Below, piece by piece: positions 8,642-18,351 of a stretch of DNA of 64,000 bases (positions within the stretch are counted from its first letter, which is position 1; each line of letters begins with the position of its first letter). The notes under the pieces are model-generated. The model was not told where the DNA came from. It saw only the letters and a program-made list of their open reading frames with translations, and searched no databases. Position numbers and translations under genes: made by a program. The stretch is from the NCBI GenBank assembly GCA_947487385.1, contig CANKWU010000004.1, positions 26,061-90,060 on the forward strand, read 5' to 3'. Origin of the DNA: Spartobacteria bacterium (lineage in GTDB: Bacteria > Verrucomicrobiota > Verrucomicrobiia > Chthoniobacterales > UBA6821).

Positions 8642-10042
8642 TCACTGGGGAGTTACCAAGAGTGATGGTGTTGGCGCTGAGTTCGTAGGCACCTCTGAAA
8701 CAGGAGGGTTCGTGCGGGATGGGGAATTTGTAGGTGAATTGGGTTCCGCCGAGGGGGAGGGAGACGCAGGAATTGATGTGAGAACAGGGGTGGGAACCGG
8801 TGTCGGAGTAGGCCATGGCTTCTCCAGGGAGCTCCATTCATGCCATGAGGCTGTGTCACTGCCGCCAAATTCTTTCCAGAGCGCATGACAACGCTCCGAC
8901 CAGTGGGCGTAATCTGGTGCTGAGAAGGGTTTCTCCGCGGTCCCGGGGAACACAAGGTAGACAACTTCGGGACGGCTTGTCGGGCGTCGATCCGCTCCAG
9001 ATTCAGGCATGATCTCGCGACAGATCCGCAGTGAGGCCTCCCCGATCTTCGAATTCGGACCCATGTCCCCGAGGATCGCGGGATACACAGTTCCATGGGA
9101 AACCACGACTGCATAGTCTCCGATGACCGGTTGATCAGGAGATTTCCCAACCATGAACGAGGGAAGGACAATGAATGGGTCGGATGTTCCCGCAAGGAAA
9201 CTCCATCGTTTCAGTTCGGCGATTGTTGCCTTGGCGGCGTCGCGGCGCGCCTCAAGGGTCTCCTTTTCTTTTGGCGTCATGGTGCCTCGGGCAAGCTCGG
9301 CGGTGGTAAGGGCGAGTCGCGATTCCTCATCCCTCAAGCATGGGTTAGGGCGGTCGCTTTTCTTCCCCCAGCGGTAGTTTGTTTGCGGCTGGAACGTCGA
9401 TGAGAGGCGGTCGATTGGGAGATTTCTATCGCCGTCAGATCCATCGGTATTGACATTCATGATGGCCTGAATGAGAACTCCGCGGCGGGAAGTCGTGGGG
9501 TTGCTTAGTTCGAGGATGGTCTGGCAATCGAACAGCGAGTCACGATAGGGAAGATGCTGGAGTTGAGCCAGATTGGCGCGTAGCGATCTTTCCTTGTGAT
9601 TCAGGAGTGCGGCAAATTCTGGCGAGGGTGAGGCATTAGTGAGGAGTGAGTTCAATCCGGGGATCAACTCGGCAATGTCCGGAGTTACAGCCTGCAGCCC
9701 GGCAATGGTCGTTGCTGCTTTGGGCCATTGGACATGCAGGTTGATGTCCATCTTGTAAGAGTTGCTGTCAGATACAGTCGTTAATGCTGTCTCCTGCGAG
9801 TTAGTACAATCAACTCTGCTGGTTATGATAATGCCGTTGAAAAGCTTCAACGTGTCGTAATTTTTACGAGGAAGGAGGGGGAGAGAGGTTGGATGACCGA
9901 TTTGCTGTTCTGAGTTCTTTTTTAACAGCTCGCTCGACACCTGTTCTGAAGACTGTTTTTTGGAGCATCCAAGTGCAATGAAGGATAGTACTGATACTCC
10001 TACCACACATGCCTGAACAGCCGTAGTTTTCAAGGCCTGCAT
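8642..10042 (-). CDS. Hypothetical lipoprotein with Pro/Thr/Ser-rich C-terminal tail
   Basis: Signal peptide with lipobox (SFIALGC at the start). The C-terminal ~60 aa are PT/PS-rich. The central segment AILGDMGPNSKIGEASL resembles barwin-like/GH75-type folds, but this is only a weak by-eye resemblance. Confidence 0.6.
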   Translation of the reverse strand: MQALKTTAVQACVVGVSVLSFIALGCSKKQSSEQVSSELLKKNSEQQIGHPTSLPLLPRKNYDTLKLFNGIIITSRVDCTNSQETALTTVSDSNSYKMDINLHVQWPKAATTIAGLQAVTPDIAELIPGLNSLLTNASPSPEFAALLNHKERSLRANLAQLQHLPYRDSLFDCQTILELSNPTTSRRGVLIQAIMNVNTDGSDGDRNLPIDRLSSTFQPQTNYRWGKKSDRPNPCLRDEESRLALTTAELARGTMTPKEKETLEARRDAAKATIAELKRWSFLAGTSDPFIVLPSFMVGKSPDQPVIGDYAVVVSHGTVYPAILGDMGPNSKIGEASLRICREIMPESGADRRPTSRPEVVYLVFPGTAEKPFSAPDYAHWSERCHALWKEFGGSDTASWHEWSSLEKPWPTPTPVPTPVLTSIPASPSPSAEPNSPTNSPSRTNPPVSEVPTNSAPTPSLLVTPQ

Positions 10043-10075
10043 GGGATTTGATCAGCGGTTATTGCTTAGATCTCC

Positions 10076-11923
10076 TTAGAGATAGGCTAGGAAAGAGCCC
10101 ATGACATCACCCGGGATGTCGATCATCTTGTAATCCGTCGAGGAGACAAAGAGCAGGCTCTGGCTTCCCTTGCCGAGCATGCTTCCACTGGAGTCGTAGA
10201 TTTCATGCTCCAAGGTGACGAACTTCCGGTTATGTCCGGACACCCTTATCTTCACGCTAACTTTCTCAAATTCCTTGGTCTCTCGGACGAACTTATGCTC
10301 GAACGACCGCGTCAGAATGTAGAAAGGGGTCTCCTTGAGGTTGAATTTCGGCATGACTTTGTTGAAGAAGAGTTCACGGGTCTTGCCCACCCACATGGCG
10401 TACATGCCGAAATAGACATTCCCAACCGAGTTGGTATCGGCATAAGTGGCGATGAAGGAGTGAATAAACCACTTGTCTTCGAAGTGTCCCGAGATGTCAT
10501 GGGTACCGGTTGGTGAAGGGGTGAGTATTGTCCCGACTGTAGTAAGCGGGACGACAGATGCCGTGGCAGGCTGTTCCAGCTCTTCGGCATCACTTATAAA
10601 ATCCTCCCCGGTGAAGGGTTTGATCATAAGCCAGATGACATATCCCAGCGGCAAGAGGGAGGCTAGGATCTGGAATATCGGCTCATGCAGGAAGTATCCA
10701 TAGGCGAAAATAACCACCGCCAGAGAGCCGATGCAGAACATCTTGATCTGAGGGATGACATTCACAGGACCGTTCATGAAGGCCCTCCCGATTGCCAGGA
10801 CCGAGTAGCCGACAAAGAATGTCGCGAAGAAGATCATGAAATATTCCAACTCGATCCCGATCGCCGCTCCGGTGACCGCAATCAGGGCGCAGAGGATGAA
10901 GGTGGGAATGGGGGAGGTAATGAGTTTCTGCGGGATCAGGGCAAAAATGGGGTTTTTGCTCTGGCTGGCATTGGTCTGGAAGAACCAGCGAAGGGCTATA
11001 TAGCCGCTGTCAAGCGTGGTGAGGATGCATCCGCCAAGGAAGACGAGATACGCACCGATTAGCCAGGGATTGACCGGGGGTTGGCTGAAGACTCGTGTCA
11101 GCAGCGACTGGGCATAGGGATAACCGGCAAGTCCCTTTTGGATGAATTCAGTGCCGCTTCCCTCCATCGCCCAAAGGGCCAGGATTCCATGAAAGAGGAG
11201 AATCGCTCCGAAGAGCGTTGCGCCGACGGCGTAGGAGGCTGTGATGGAGGTGTTCTCCCTACGCATCTGGATGGCCCTTTGCCATTGCTGGAGGTCGAGC
11301 CAGGGGCCCACGATGAAGCCGATGCAGATCGGGATCACGTAACCCCAGAAGTTCCAGTCATGAGTCGGCAAGAGGCTTGGGCGATGGAGACCTCTGAAGT
11401 AAGGCGAGCCAAGTTCCGCGGTGATGATGACAACGCAGGCAATAATGAGTGCGAGGAAGGCGGCGTGGCTGTACTTGATGCGCCGAATGGAGAATTCCTC
11501 ACCGAAGAGGATGCCTGCGGCAAGGATGATGAGAGCGGTAAGAGGTAGGTAGAGGGAGTCTGGCTTCAGTCCGAGTGGTTGCCATCCGTAACGGATCAAC
11601 GCGAAGATGGTGAGTGAGATGGCAATGATCTGGTAGAGAAAGAAAACCAGACGGAATGGGCGCGACCAGTTGTTGAAAAATGCAGCAAGGCTTTCCGAAC
11701 CGGAGTGTCTTTTGGCGATGTGATCGGCGACGAGCCCAAAAAGAAAGAGTCCGAGACAGTTCGGTATAAGAAAAGTGAGCAGTCCCGTGAGGCCGAACTC
11801 GACTGTAAACTGCACCGAAAAAAAGAGGCCGAGTCCCCAGACCCAGGAGAGGGCGACGGTATTTCCCCAGAGGAGAACATTCAGGAAAAGGAATCTTGGG
11901 GAGGAGAGGGAAGGAGTAGCCAT
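10076..11923 (-). CDS. Fusion protein: polytopic membrane (transporter-like) domain plus C-terminal 4HBT/hotdog acyl-CoA thioesterase domain
   Basis: 615 aa. The first ~450 aa contain roughly a dozen hydrophobic segments. The last ~135 aa carry the YbgC/FadM-like ATYADTNSVGNVYFGMY motif (catalytic Asp context). Confidence 0.75.
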   Translation of the reverse strand: MATPSLSSPRFLFLNVLLWGNTVALSWVWGLGLFFSVQFTVEFGLTGLLTFLIPNCLGLFLFGLVADHIAKRHSGSESLAAFFNNWSRPFRLVFFLYQIIAISLTIFALIRYGWQPLGLKPDSLYLPLTALIILAAGILFGEEFSIRRIKYSHAAFLALIIACVVIITAELGSPYFRGLHRPSLLPTHDWNFWGYVIPICIGFIVGPWLDLQQWQRAIQMRRENTSITASYAVGATLFGAILLFHGILALWAMEGSGTEFIQKGLAGYPYAQSLLTRVFSQPPVNPWLIGAYLVFLGGCILTTLDSGYIALRWFFQTNASQSKNPIFALIPQKLITSPIPTFILCALIAVTGAAIGIELEYFMIFFATFFVGYSVLAIGRAFMNGPVNVIPQIKMFCIGSLAVVIFAYGYFLHEPIFQILASLLPLGYVIWLMIKPFTGEDFISDAEELEQPATASVVPLTTVGTILTPSPTGTHDISGHFEDKWFIHSFIATYADTNSVGNVYFGMYAMWVGKTRELFFNKVMPKFNLKETPFYILTRSFEHKFVRETKEFEKVSVKIRVSGHNRKFVTLEHEIYDSSGSMLGKGSQSLLFVSSTDYKMIDIPGDVMGSFLAYL

Positions 11924-12018
11924 TAAATTAACACCCTAGTGATTGATCTCAGCGTCTTCAATCCGAATGGGTGGGAATGCTTTGAAATAAGTCAAAGAAT
12001 CAGAGTTCCATCTGTCCA

Positions 12019-13221
12019 ATGTGTTCCGTCTCCCGTTCTTGCAATTGCATCGCAGTGAAGGCATTCTCATGTATTGCCACTGGCGCGTGGCAAAACCTTT
12101 CTTTCACTGAATTCTTGAAACTTCTCGATCGTTATCTTTTGACCGCTCTCGGTGTTGCAACCCTGATGGGTGTTGCCCTGCTAAGCGTGGTGCTAGTCCT
12201 GGGGAATGTCTTCAAGGAGATGCTGGATCTGCTGATCAATCACAGCGTGCCACTTGAAACGGTGTTTGGATTTGTCGCCTTCGTCCTTCCTTTCTCAATG
12301 ACTTTCACTATCCCGTGGGGATTTCTCACGGCCGTGCTGTTGGTCTTCGGGCGTCTCTCGGCGGATAATGAAATCATCGCCCTGCGTTCGAATGGTGTGA
12401 GCTTCCCCAGGGTCTTTATCCCTGTTCTGGCCATGGCTCTGATGCTTGTCGGGATCTGTTTCTGGATCAATTGTAATGTCGCCCCGCGTGCTCAGTATTC
12501 GATGCTGAACTCCCTGTTTCGCATCGCGACGAGCAATCCCGTTTCCTTGTTCCAGCCGGACGAGGTGGTCGATCAGTTTCCGGATCGCAGGATCTTCGTG
12601 GGCGGGCGCGACGGGGATCTCATGAAGAATCTCGTGGTCTTCGAGCTGGATGATCAAGGAGCCATTTCGAAGGTTGTCTTCGCCAAGACCGGCACTCTCT
12701 CCACCGACACGGAGAACCATCGTCTGCTTCTCAGGGTGCAGGATGCCAACTTCGAGCAACGTGATGAGAAGGATCCTCAGAATGTGAACCTGATCCGCCA
12801 AGGCATCACGATGAGGGAAGGAGTCTTCCCGATGTCGCTCCAGAAGCTTATCAACCAGAAGAAAAGGGGCAAGCCGCTCACATCCCATACTCTCAAGGAG
12901 CTGTTCGAGGAGATTTCAAAACCTGACTGTCCGCGGAGACTTGCTTACCAGGTGGAGGTCAGCAAACGCTTCTCTCTTTCGCTTGCGGCCCTCTCCTTTG
13001 CCCTCATTGCTGTCCCTCTTGGGATCACGACCCATCGTAAGGAGACTTCCGTCGGATTCGCCCTGAGTCTGGTGATCGCCTTTGGTTATTTCTTTCTCAT
13101 TATTATCGCCGACACCTTCCACGAAAATCCCCACGCCATGCCGGTTCTGTTGGTCTGGTTACCCAATCTCCTATTCACGAGTTTTGGAATCTGGCTCTTC
13201 TCGCGCCTTGCCCGTCGGTAA
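12019..13221 (+). CDS. LptF/LptG-family (YjgP/YjgQ) permease
   Basis: KLLDRYLLTALGVATLMG is a typical family N-terminus, with a 3+3 TM layout around a periplasmic insert. The start is uncertain: ATG 12019, or in-frame TTG 12115 giving MKLLDRYL. Confidence 0.82.
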   Translation: MCSVSRSCNCIAVKAFSCIATGAWQNLSFTEFLKLLDRYLLTALGVATLMGVALLSVVLVLGNVFKEMLDLLINHSVPLETVFGFVAFVLPFSMTFTIPWGFLTAVLLVFGRLSADNEIIALRSNGVSFPRVFIPVLAMALMLVGICFWINCNVAPRAQYSMLNSLFRIATSNPVSLFQPDEVVDQFPDRRIFVGGRDGDLMKNLVVFELDDQGAISKVVFAKTGTLSTDTENHRLLLRVQDANFEQRDEKDPQNVNLIRQGITMREGVFPMSLQKLINQKKRGKPLTSHTLKELFEEISKPDCPRRLAYQVEVSKRFSLSLAALSFALIAVPLGITTHRKETSVGFALSLVIAFGYFFLIIIADTFHENPHAMPVLLVWLPNLLFTSFGIWLFSRLARR

Positions 13222-13257
13222 CCATTTCCCGAGCGTTATTTCATCCCATCAATCACC

Positions 13258-14337
13258 ATGACGTCCCCCAAGAAAATTTCACTTAACGATCCCGCAGTCC
13301 TGGAAACCATCAACAAGCTTGTCGCCGGGTTGGCGAGTGGACGCCGTGCGGATTTTCTGAGGGATATGATGGAGACGGTTATCAAGTATGGCCTTGATGA
13401 TGTCTCGATCGGGGACCTCAAGCTGGTCAGCCGGTCGTTGCGCGAGATGCGCTTTGCGACTTCGATATTCCAAAAATACAATGCGGTCCGCAAGGTTGCA
13501 GTTTTCGGTTCCGCGCGAACCAAGTCTGATGAGCCTGACTTCCAGCTGGCCCGCGAGTTTGCGCGCCGGATCGTCGAGGAGAAGTTCATGATCATCACCG
13601 GCGGTGGCGACGGTATCATGGGGGCCGCCCAGCAGGGAGCCGGTGCCGAAAAGAGCTTCGGGCTGAACATCAGGCTCCCCTTTGAGCAGAGTGCTAACCA
13701 GGTGATTTTGGGAGACCCAAAGTTGATCAACTTCAACTATTTCTTCGCCCGCAAGCTCAGCTTCGTGAAGGAGACCAGCGCCTTTGTCCTTTTTCCCGGC
13801 GGTTTTGGGACACTCGACGAGGGGTTCGAGGTCCTGACCCTTCTGCAGACGGGGAAGACATCCATTGTTCCGATCATTCTCATGGACAGGCCGAATGGCT
13901 TCTACTGGGAGACTTGGCGACGCTTCTTGGATAACGACATCCTGGAACTTGGTCTCATTTCCCGCTCCGATTTCCATCTTTTCACGATCACGCATGACGT
14001 TGACCGCGCGGTGAACGAGATCAAGCACTTCTACAAAGTATTCCATTCCTATCGCTGGGTCCGTGACGAAATGGTGATCCGGCTTAACAACAAGCTAACG
14101 CCGGCCGCCTTGGAGAACCTGAATCAGCAGTTCGACCATCTCCTGGCTGCCGGCCATATCGTCCAGAGGGACGCTCTCCACGAGGAGTCTGACGACCAGG
14201 CGTCTTTTCATCTTCCGCGCCTTGTCCTGATTCCGCATAAGAGGGAGTTTGGAATGCTTCGACTCCTGATTAATGCCATCAATAATTCCCCGGTGATCGC
14301 GACTCCACCCGATGAGGCAGTCCATGCTGGGGATTGA
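13258..14337 (+). CDS. LOG-family (TIGR00730-type) nucleotide 5'-monophosphate nucleosidase-like protein with extended N- and C-termini
   Basis: VAVFGSAR, TGGGDGIMGAA and FPGGFGTLDEGFE motifs. At 359 aa it is longer than minimal LOG proteins (PpnN-like architecture by inference). Confidence 0.82.
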   Translation: MTSPKKISLNDPAVLETINKLVAGLASGRRADFLRDMMETVIKYGLDDVSIGDLKLVSRSLREMRFATSIFQKYNAVRKVAVFGSARTKSDEPDFQLAREFARRIVEEKFMIITGGGDGIMGAAQQGAGAEKSFGLNIRLPFEQSANQVILGDPKLINFNYFFARKLSFVKETSAFVLFPGGFGTLDEGFEVLTLLQTGKTSIVPIILMDRPNGFYWETWRRFLDNDILELGLISRSDFHLFTITHDVDRAVNEIKHFYKVFHSYRWVRDEMVIRLNNKLTPAALENLNQQFDHLLAAGHIVQRDALHEESDDQASFHLPRLVLIPHKREFGMLRLLINAINNSPVIATPPDEAVHAGD

Positions 14338-14377
14338 AGATTCCTTCTTTCCAGGCTAGGATCCGGTTTCAATAAAA

Positions 14378-15949
14378 ATGACGACTAAGTCCAAGGTTTT
14401 TCTCTACGACACCACTCTGCGTGACGGTACCCAGGGGGAGGGGATCTCCTTCAGTCTGTTGGACAAGATTCGGATTGCCGAGAAGCTTGCTGGGTTCGGC
14501 ATCGATTATATCGAGGGTGGATGGCCTGGTTCGAATCCCAAGGATCTTGCCTTCTTTGCCGAGGCAAAGAAGCACGATTTCGGGATGACAAAGCTCGCAG
14601 CCTTCGGCAGCACCCGTCGTGCTGGGGGCAAGGCCTCGGAGGATACCCAATTAGCCCAGTTATTGGAGGCAGAGACACCCGTAGTCACCATTTTCGGAAA
14701 GAGCTGGAAGCTCCAGGTTGACAAGGTGCTGGGGGTTCCCCATGAGGAGAATCTCGCGATGATTCGTGACAGCGTGGCTTTTCTCAAGTCTCAGGGGCGC
14801 GAAGTCTTCTACGATGCAGAGCATTTCTTCGACGGTTATAAGGATGACATGGCGTTTGCCCTTAGCACGCTGGCCGCAGCAGCGGAATCAGGTGCGGATA
14901 TGCTCGTTCTCTGCGATACCAACGGAGGCACCATGCCAGAAGAGATCTCAGAGATTGCAGCCGTTGTGGAATCGCGTTTCCCCCGCAAGGTGGGCATCCA
15001 TACCCATAACGATTGCGGGATGGGTGCAGCGAATGCGCTTGCGGCCGTCCGTGCGGGTGCGCTTCAGATCCAGGGGACGATGAATGGTTACGGCGAGCGG
15101 ACAGGTAACTGTAACCTCACAACTGTAATTCCTTGTCTCCAACTCAAGATGGGGATCCCAGTCGTAGCGGATCTCACGAGATTGAGAGAGGTTTCACTTT
15201 TTGTGGATGAGTTGGCAAACTGTCAACCCGATGTTCGCGCCCCCTTCGTCGGCAGTACCGCCTTCGCCCACAAGGGTGGAATGCACGTGAATGCCGTTGC
15301 CAAGACTGCTGCAGCCTACGAGCACATCGAGCCCTCCTCCGTAGGCAATCATCAGAACATCTTGGTCTCAGAGCTGTCTGGTCGAAGCAATATCCTGCTC
15401 AAGGCTGAAGAGTTCGGCCTTCAACTGGAGAAGAACGACCCCGCCGTGCTCCGGGTGCTCGCGAGGATCAAGGCCTTGGAGTCGCAGGGATTCGAGTTCG
15501 AGGCGGCCGATGCCTCGCTTGATTTGCTCATCCGAAAGGAGCTCGGATTGCATGCACCTCTCTTTGAGTTGAATGGTTACCACTGTAGTTTCCGTCGTGA
15601 TGCGGTTGGATCATCCACCACCTGCGAGGCCACCGTCACGGTCCTCCATGACGGTCAGTCCTTTATAACGACCGCAGAAGGAGACGGCCCCGTGAACGCT
15701 CTGGACGCCGCGCTCCGGATGTCCTTACTTAAGCTTCACCCTTGGATCGCTGAAATCTCTCTCTCTGATTACAAGGTCCGCATCGTGGATGGGGGCAGGG
15801 GAACGGCTGCGCGGACCCGCGTTCATATTCTCTCTAGTTCGGGTGCTGATTCCTGGGGAACGGTGGGTGTCTCAGATAATATCATCGAGGCGAGTTGGAT
15901 GGCGCTTGTCGACTCCCTCGAATACCGGGCCTCGAAACGCTCGGCTTAG
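14378..15949 (+). CDS. cimA: Citramalate synthase (LeuA-related)
   Basis: 523 aa with LYDTTLRDGTQGEG, YIEGGWPGSNPKD and HTHNDCGMGAANALAAV. The length and N-terminus fit the CimA clade better than LeuA. Confidence 0.85.
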   Translation: MTTKSKVFLYDTTLRDGTQGEGISFSLLDKIRIAEKLAGFGIDYIEGGWPGSNPKDLAFFAEAKKHDFGMTKLAAFGSTRRAGGKASEDTQLAQLLEAETPVVTIFGKSWKLQVDKVLGVPHEENLAMIRDSVAFLKSQGREVFYDAEHFFDGYKDDMAFALSTLAAAAESGADMLVLCDTNGGTMPEEISEIAAVVESRFPRKVGIHTHNDCGMGAANALAAVRAGALQIQGTMNGYGERTGNCNLTTVIPCLQLKMGIPVVADLTRLREVSLFVDELANCQPDVRAPFVGSTAFAHKGGMHVNAVAKTAAAYEHIEPSSVGNHQNILVSELSGRSNILLKAEEFGLQLEKNDPAVLRVLARIKALESQGFEFEAADASLDLLIRKELGLHAPLFELNGYHCSFRRDAVGSSTTCEATVTVLHDGQSFITTAEGDGPVNALDAALRMSLLKLHPWIAEISLSDYKVRIVDGGRGTAARTRVHILSSSGADSWGTVGVSDNIIEASWMALVDSLEYRASKRSA

Positions 15950-16057
15950 GTACTGCATAGGGCGCCTGGTGGCGTTGCCATTCGGTCAGCGTAGAACTAC
16001 CAACGCTTTCCCTCGCATTCCTGGCACTCCATACAAACTCTTCAACGCTCGGAAATT

Positions 16058-16939
16058 CTACTGACTGCCGTGGGTGTCGGAGGAACTTGAGTTGGATTTG
16101 TGGTAATGATGCTTTTTCTTTGAGTGATGGGTTGTCCCAGAAGAGGCGTCCGAGTGATGAGAATGCGAGGTTTTGGAAGATCTCTTTTTCTTCTGGGAAT
16201 GGGAGAAAAAGCGATGGAAGGACCAGGGGTTTTCCGGTGTAGGCAGTAGGAAGTGAGCTGCCGGAGTCGGGACATTGCGTCCACCTCCGTGGAGTTTCCG
16301 GTGTTCCATGATGAAGTCCGTGGGTGCCCAATAACTGATGAGGTCGCGGGAGGCAGCTGCATGATTCACGCCGATTGAGAGATCTTTGTGCATCTCAAAG
16401 TGAAGGTGCGGGGGGTACATTCCGTGGTTGTTGCCGATCGTGCCCACCTGCTGACCTCGCCTAACCTGCTGACCCTCGCGCACCATGATCCTGTCCAAAT
16501 GGGCATAGAGGGAGTCTGCAAAATGCAACCGTCTCTCCTGGATCCAGGCATGACGGATGACGACGACATTTCCCCAGTCTGCATGGATGTCTCGAGCCAG
16601 AACGACAAGACCATTCCCAACGGAATGCACGGAATGTCCGAATGCTTGCCCTTTTCCTCCTGCGATGACCCAATCCTCTCCAAGATGCCCATGAGCACGG
16701 AATCCCCGGGACCTGCAAAATCCGGTTCCCTCAGGTGGTCCTACCGGTAAGTCGAATCCATCGGCTGTGACGGCTGATGTCTCGGGTAGAATATCTATCG
16801 AGGGAAAGGAATGAAATAATAAGCGCGCAAAAAATCCCTGAGGGGCAATCACGGAATCATCAGCCTTCCCTTGTGCTGACAAGATAGCAACAAGTAGTGC
16901 CGCTAGAAGGCGGACAACAAATGGAGGTCGGGTCAACAC
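16058..16939 (-). CDS. M23-family metallopeptidase with His/Ser/Lys-rich C-terminal tail
   Basis: GTG start with an N-terminal signal-like segment. HLGEDW (HxxxD) and PPHLHFEMH (HxH) are LytM-type motifs. The tail reads ...SHSHHSDASSGTTHHSKKKHHYHKSN.... Confidence 0.87.
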   Translation of the reverse strand: MLTRPPFVVRLLAALLVAILSAQGKADDSVIAPQGFFARLLFHSFPSIDILPETSAVTADGFDLPVGPPEGTGFCRSRGFRAHGHLGEDWVIAGGKGQAFGHSVHSVGNGLVVLARDIHADWGNVVVIRHAWIQERRLHFADSLYAHLDRIMVREGQQVRRGQQVGTIGNNHGMYPPHLHFEMHKDLSIGVNHAAASRDLISYWAPTDFIMEHRKLHGGGRNVPTPAAHFLLPTPENPWSFHRFFSHSQKKKRSSKTSHSHHSDASSGTTHHSKKKHHYHKSNSSSSDTHGSQ

Positions 16940-17061
16940 GCAAAATTATTTTAAAAAGGAAGCGTTGATGGTGCAACTCCTAGCTGCAATCTAAGGCGGT
17001 AATCTGATTGCATGTGGGTGACGTGCATGGTGAAATAATAAGCCTTTTTTCTTTCAAACTT

Positions 17062-18201
17062 ATGCCTGCATCATCCTTTCAGTCAGACGCCTTTCTAGCC
17101 CTTGAGGATGGTCGTATCTTTCATGGATTCTCAATCGGGGCTTTAGGAAATACAGTTGGTGAGATTTGTTTTAATACCTCGATGAGCGGCTATCAGGAGG
17201 TCCTTACTGATCCCTCCTACAGGGGGCAGATCGTTACGATGACTTACCCCCTGATCGGGAATTACGGAACGGGACTGGAGGATGTGGAGAGTGATCATCC
17301 TCAGGTTAACGGTTTTGTCATTGAAGAGCTTTCCCGGGTGGATAGCAGTTGGCGCTCTTCGGAGGATCTCCAAGCCTATCTGGGGAGTCACGGGATTCCG
17401 GCGATTTGTGGTATCGATACGCGTTCCTTGACCCGTCATCTCAGAACCCAAGGCGCGATGAGGGCATGCCTCTGCACGGATGGATCCGATGAGGTCTCTG
17501 CCGTAGCGCGTGCCAAAGGAGCGCCGAGACTCGAAGAACTCGATCTGGTGAGCGAGGTTTCGACCAAGAAAACCTATGAATGGGATCCAGAATGCAAGGA
17601 AAGCATCCAATATGGGATGACTGGACGCTCTCGTGGGGGGAGGGAGCCAGTGGTTGTCCTCTATGACTTTGGTGTGAAGCGTAACATCCTCAGGATTCTC
17701 CGTTCTCATGGAGTACGCGTGATCGTGGTGCCTTTCAAGACGTCCGCTGAAGAGGCTCTGGCATTGAATCCCGATGGTATCTTTCTCTCCAACGGCCCCG
17801 GTGATCCAGCTGTGCTGACTCAAGTTCACGAGACAGCCCGTCGCCTTGTCGAGGTGAAGCCTGTCTTTGGCATCTGTCTGGGTCACCAGATCCTATCTCT
17901 CGCGTTTGGTGCTTCGACGTTCAAGCTGAAGTTCGGCCATCGTGGGGCGAATCAGCCGGTTCAGGATCTGAGGACTGGGCGCGTGCTCATCACCTCGCAG
18001 AATCACGGTTATGCCGTCCAAGAGGAGGGGCTTCCTTCTGATCTTGAAATCACGCACCGGCATCTGAACGATGGCACAGTTGCTGGCATAAGGCATCGCG
18101 ACAAGAATGTGACTGCTGTGCAGTTCCATCCCGAAGCATCTCCCGGTCCTCACGATTCCGCGCCCTTCTTCGAGGAGTTTGTGACGGCAATACGAGGCTA
18201 G
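17062..18201 (+). CDS. carA: Carbamoyl-phosphate synthase small (glutaminase) subunit
   Basis: GATase triad context GICLGHQ and VQFHPE, plus the N-terminal CPSase small-chain domain. ATG 17062 is preferred over the upstream alternative start at 17008. Confidence 0.93.
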   Translation: MPASSFQSDAFLALEDGRIFHGFSIGALGNTVGEICFNTSMSGYQEVLTDPSYRGQIVTMTYPLIGNYGTGLEDVESDHPQVNGFVIEELSRVDSSWRSSEDLQAYLGSHGIPAICGIDTRSLTRHLRTQGAMRACLCTDGSDEVSAVARAKGAPRLEELDLVSEVSTKKTYEWDPECKESIQYGMTGRSRGGREPVVVLYDFGVKRNILRILRSHGVRVIVVPFKTSAEEALALNPDGIFLSNGPGDPAVLTQVHETARRLVEVKPVFGICLGHQILSLAFGASTFKLKFGHRGANQPVQDLRTGRVLITSQNHGYAVQEEGLPSDLEITHRHLNDGTVAGIRHRDKNVTAVQFHPEASPGPHDSAPFFEEFVTAIRG

Positions 18202-18351
18202 AGCGCCATCCTTTTAAGCCCCCCGCTGGTTGCTGATTTGTTCAGGTTTGTCCCTTTATTGGCTTCATCTCTTCTTAAGATGCCTTAAAGGATTTTAGGC
18301 TCTTCCCGTCAAATAAAGACTAAAGCCTAAAAACCAAGAGTTTCTTCGTCT

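Noticed and set aside
18293-18332. TTTTAGGCT...AGCCTAAAA hairpin between the convergent carA and HNH genes
   Set aside because: It is a 9-bp AT-rich stem with a 22-nt loop. It could be a weak bidirectional terminator, but the support is too thin to annotate.
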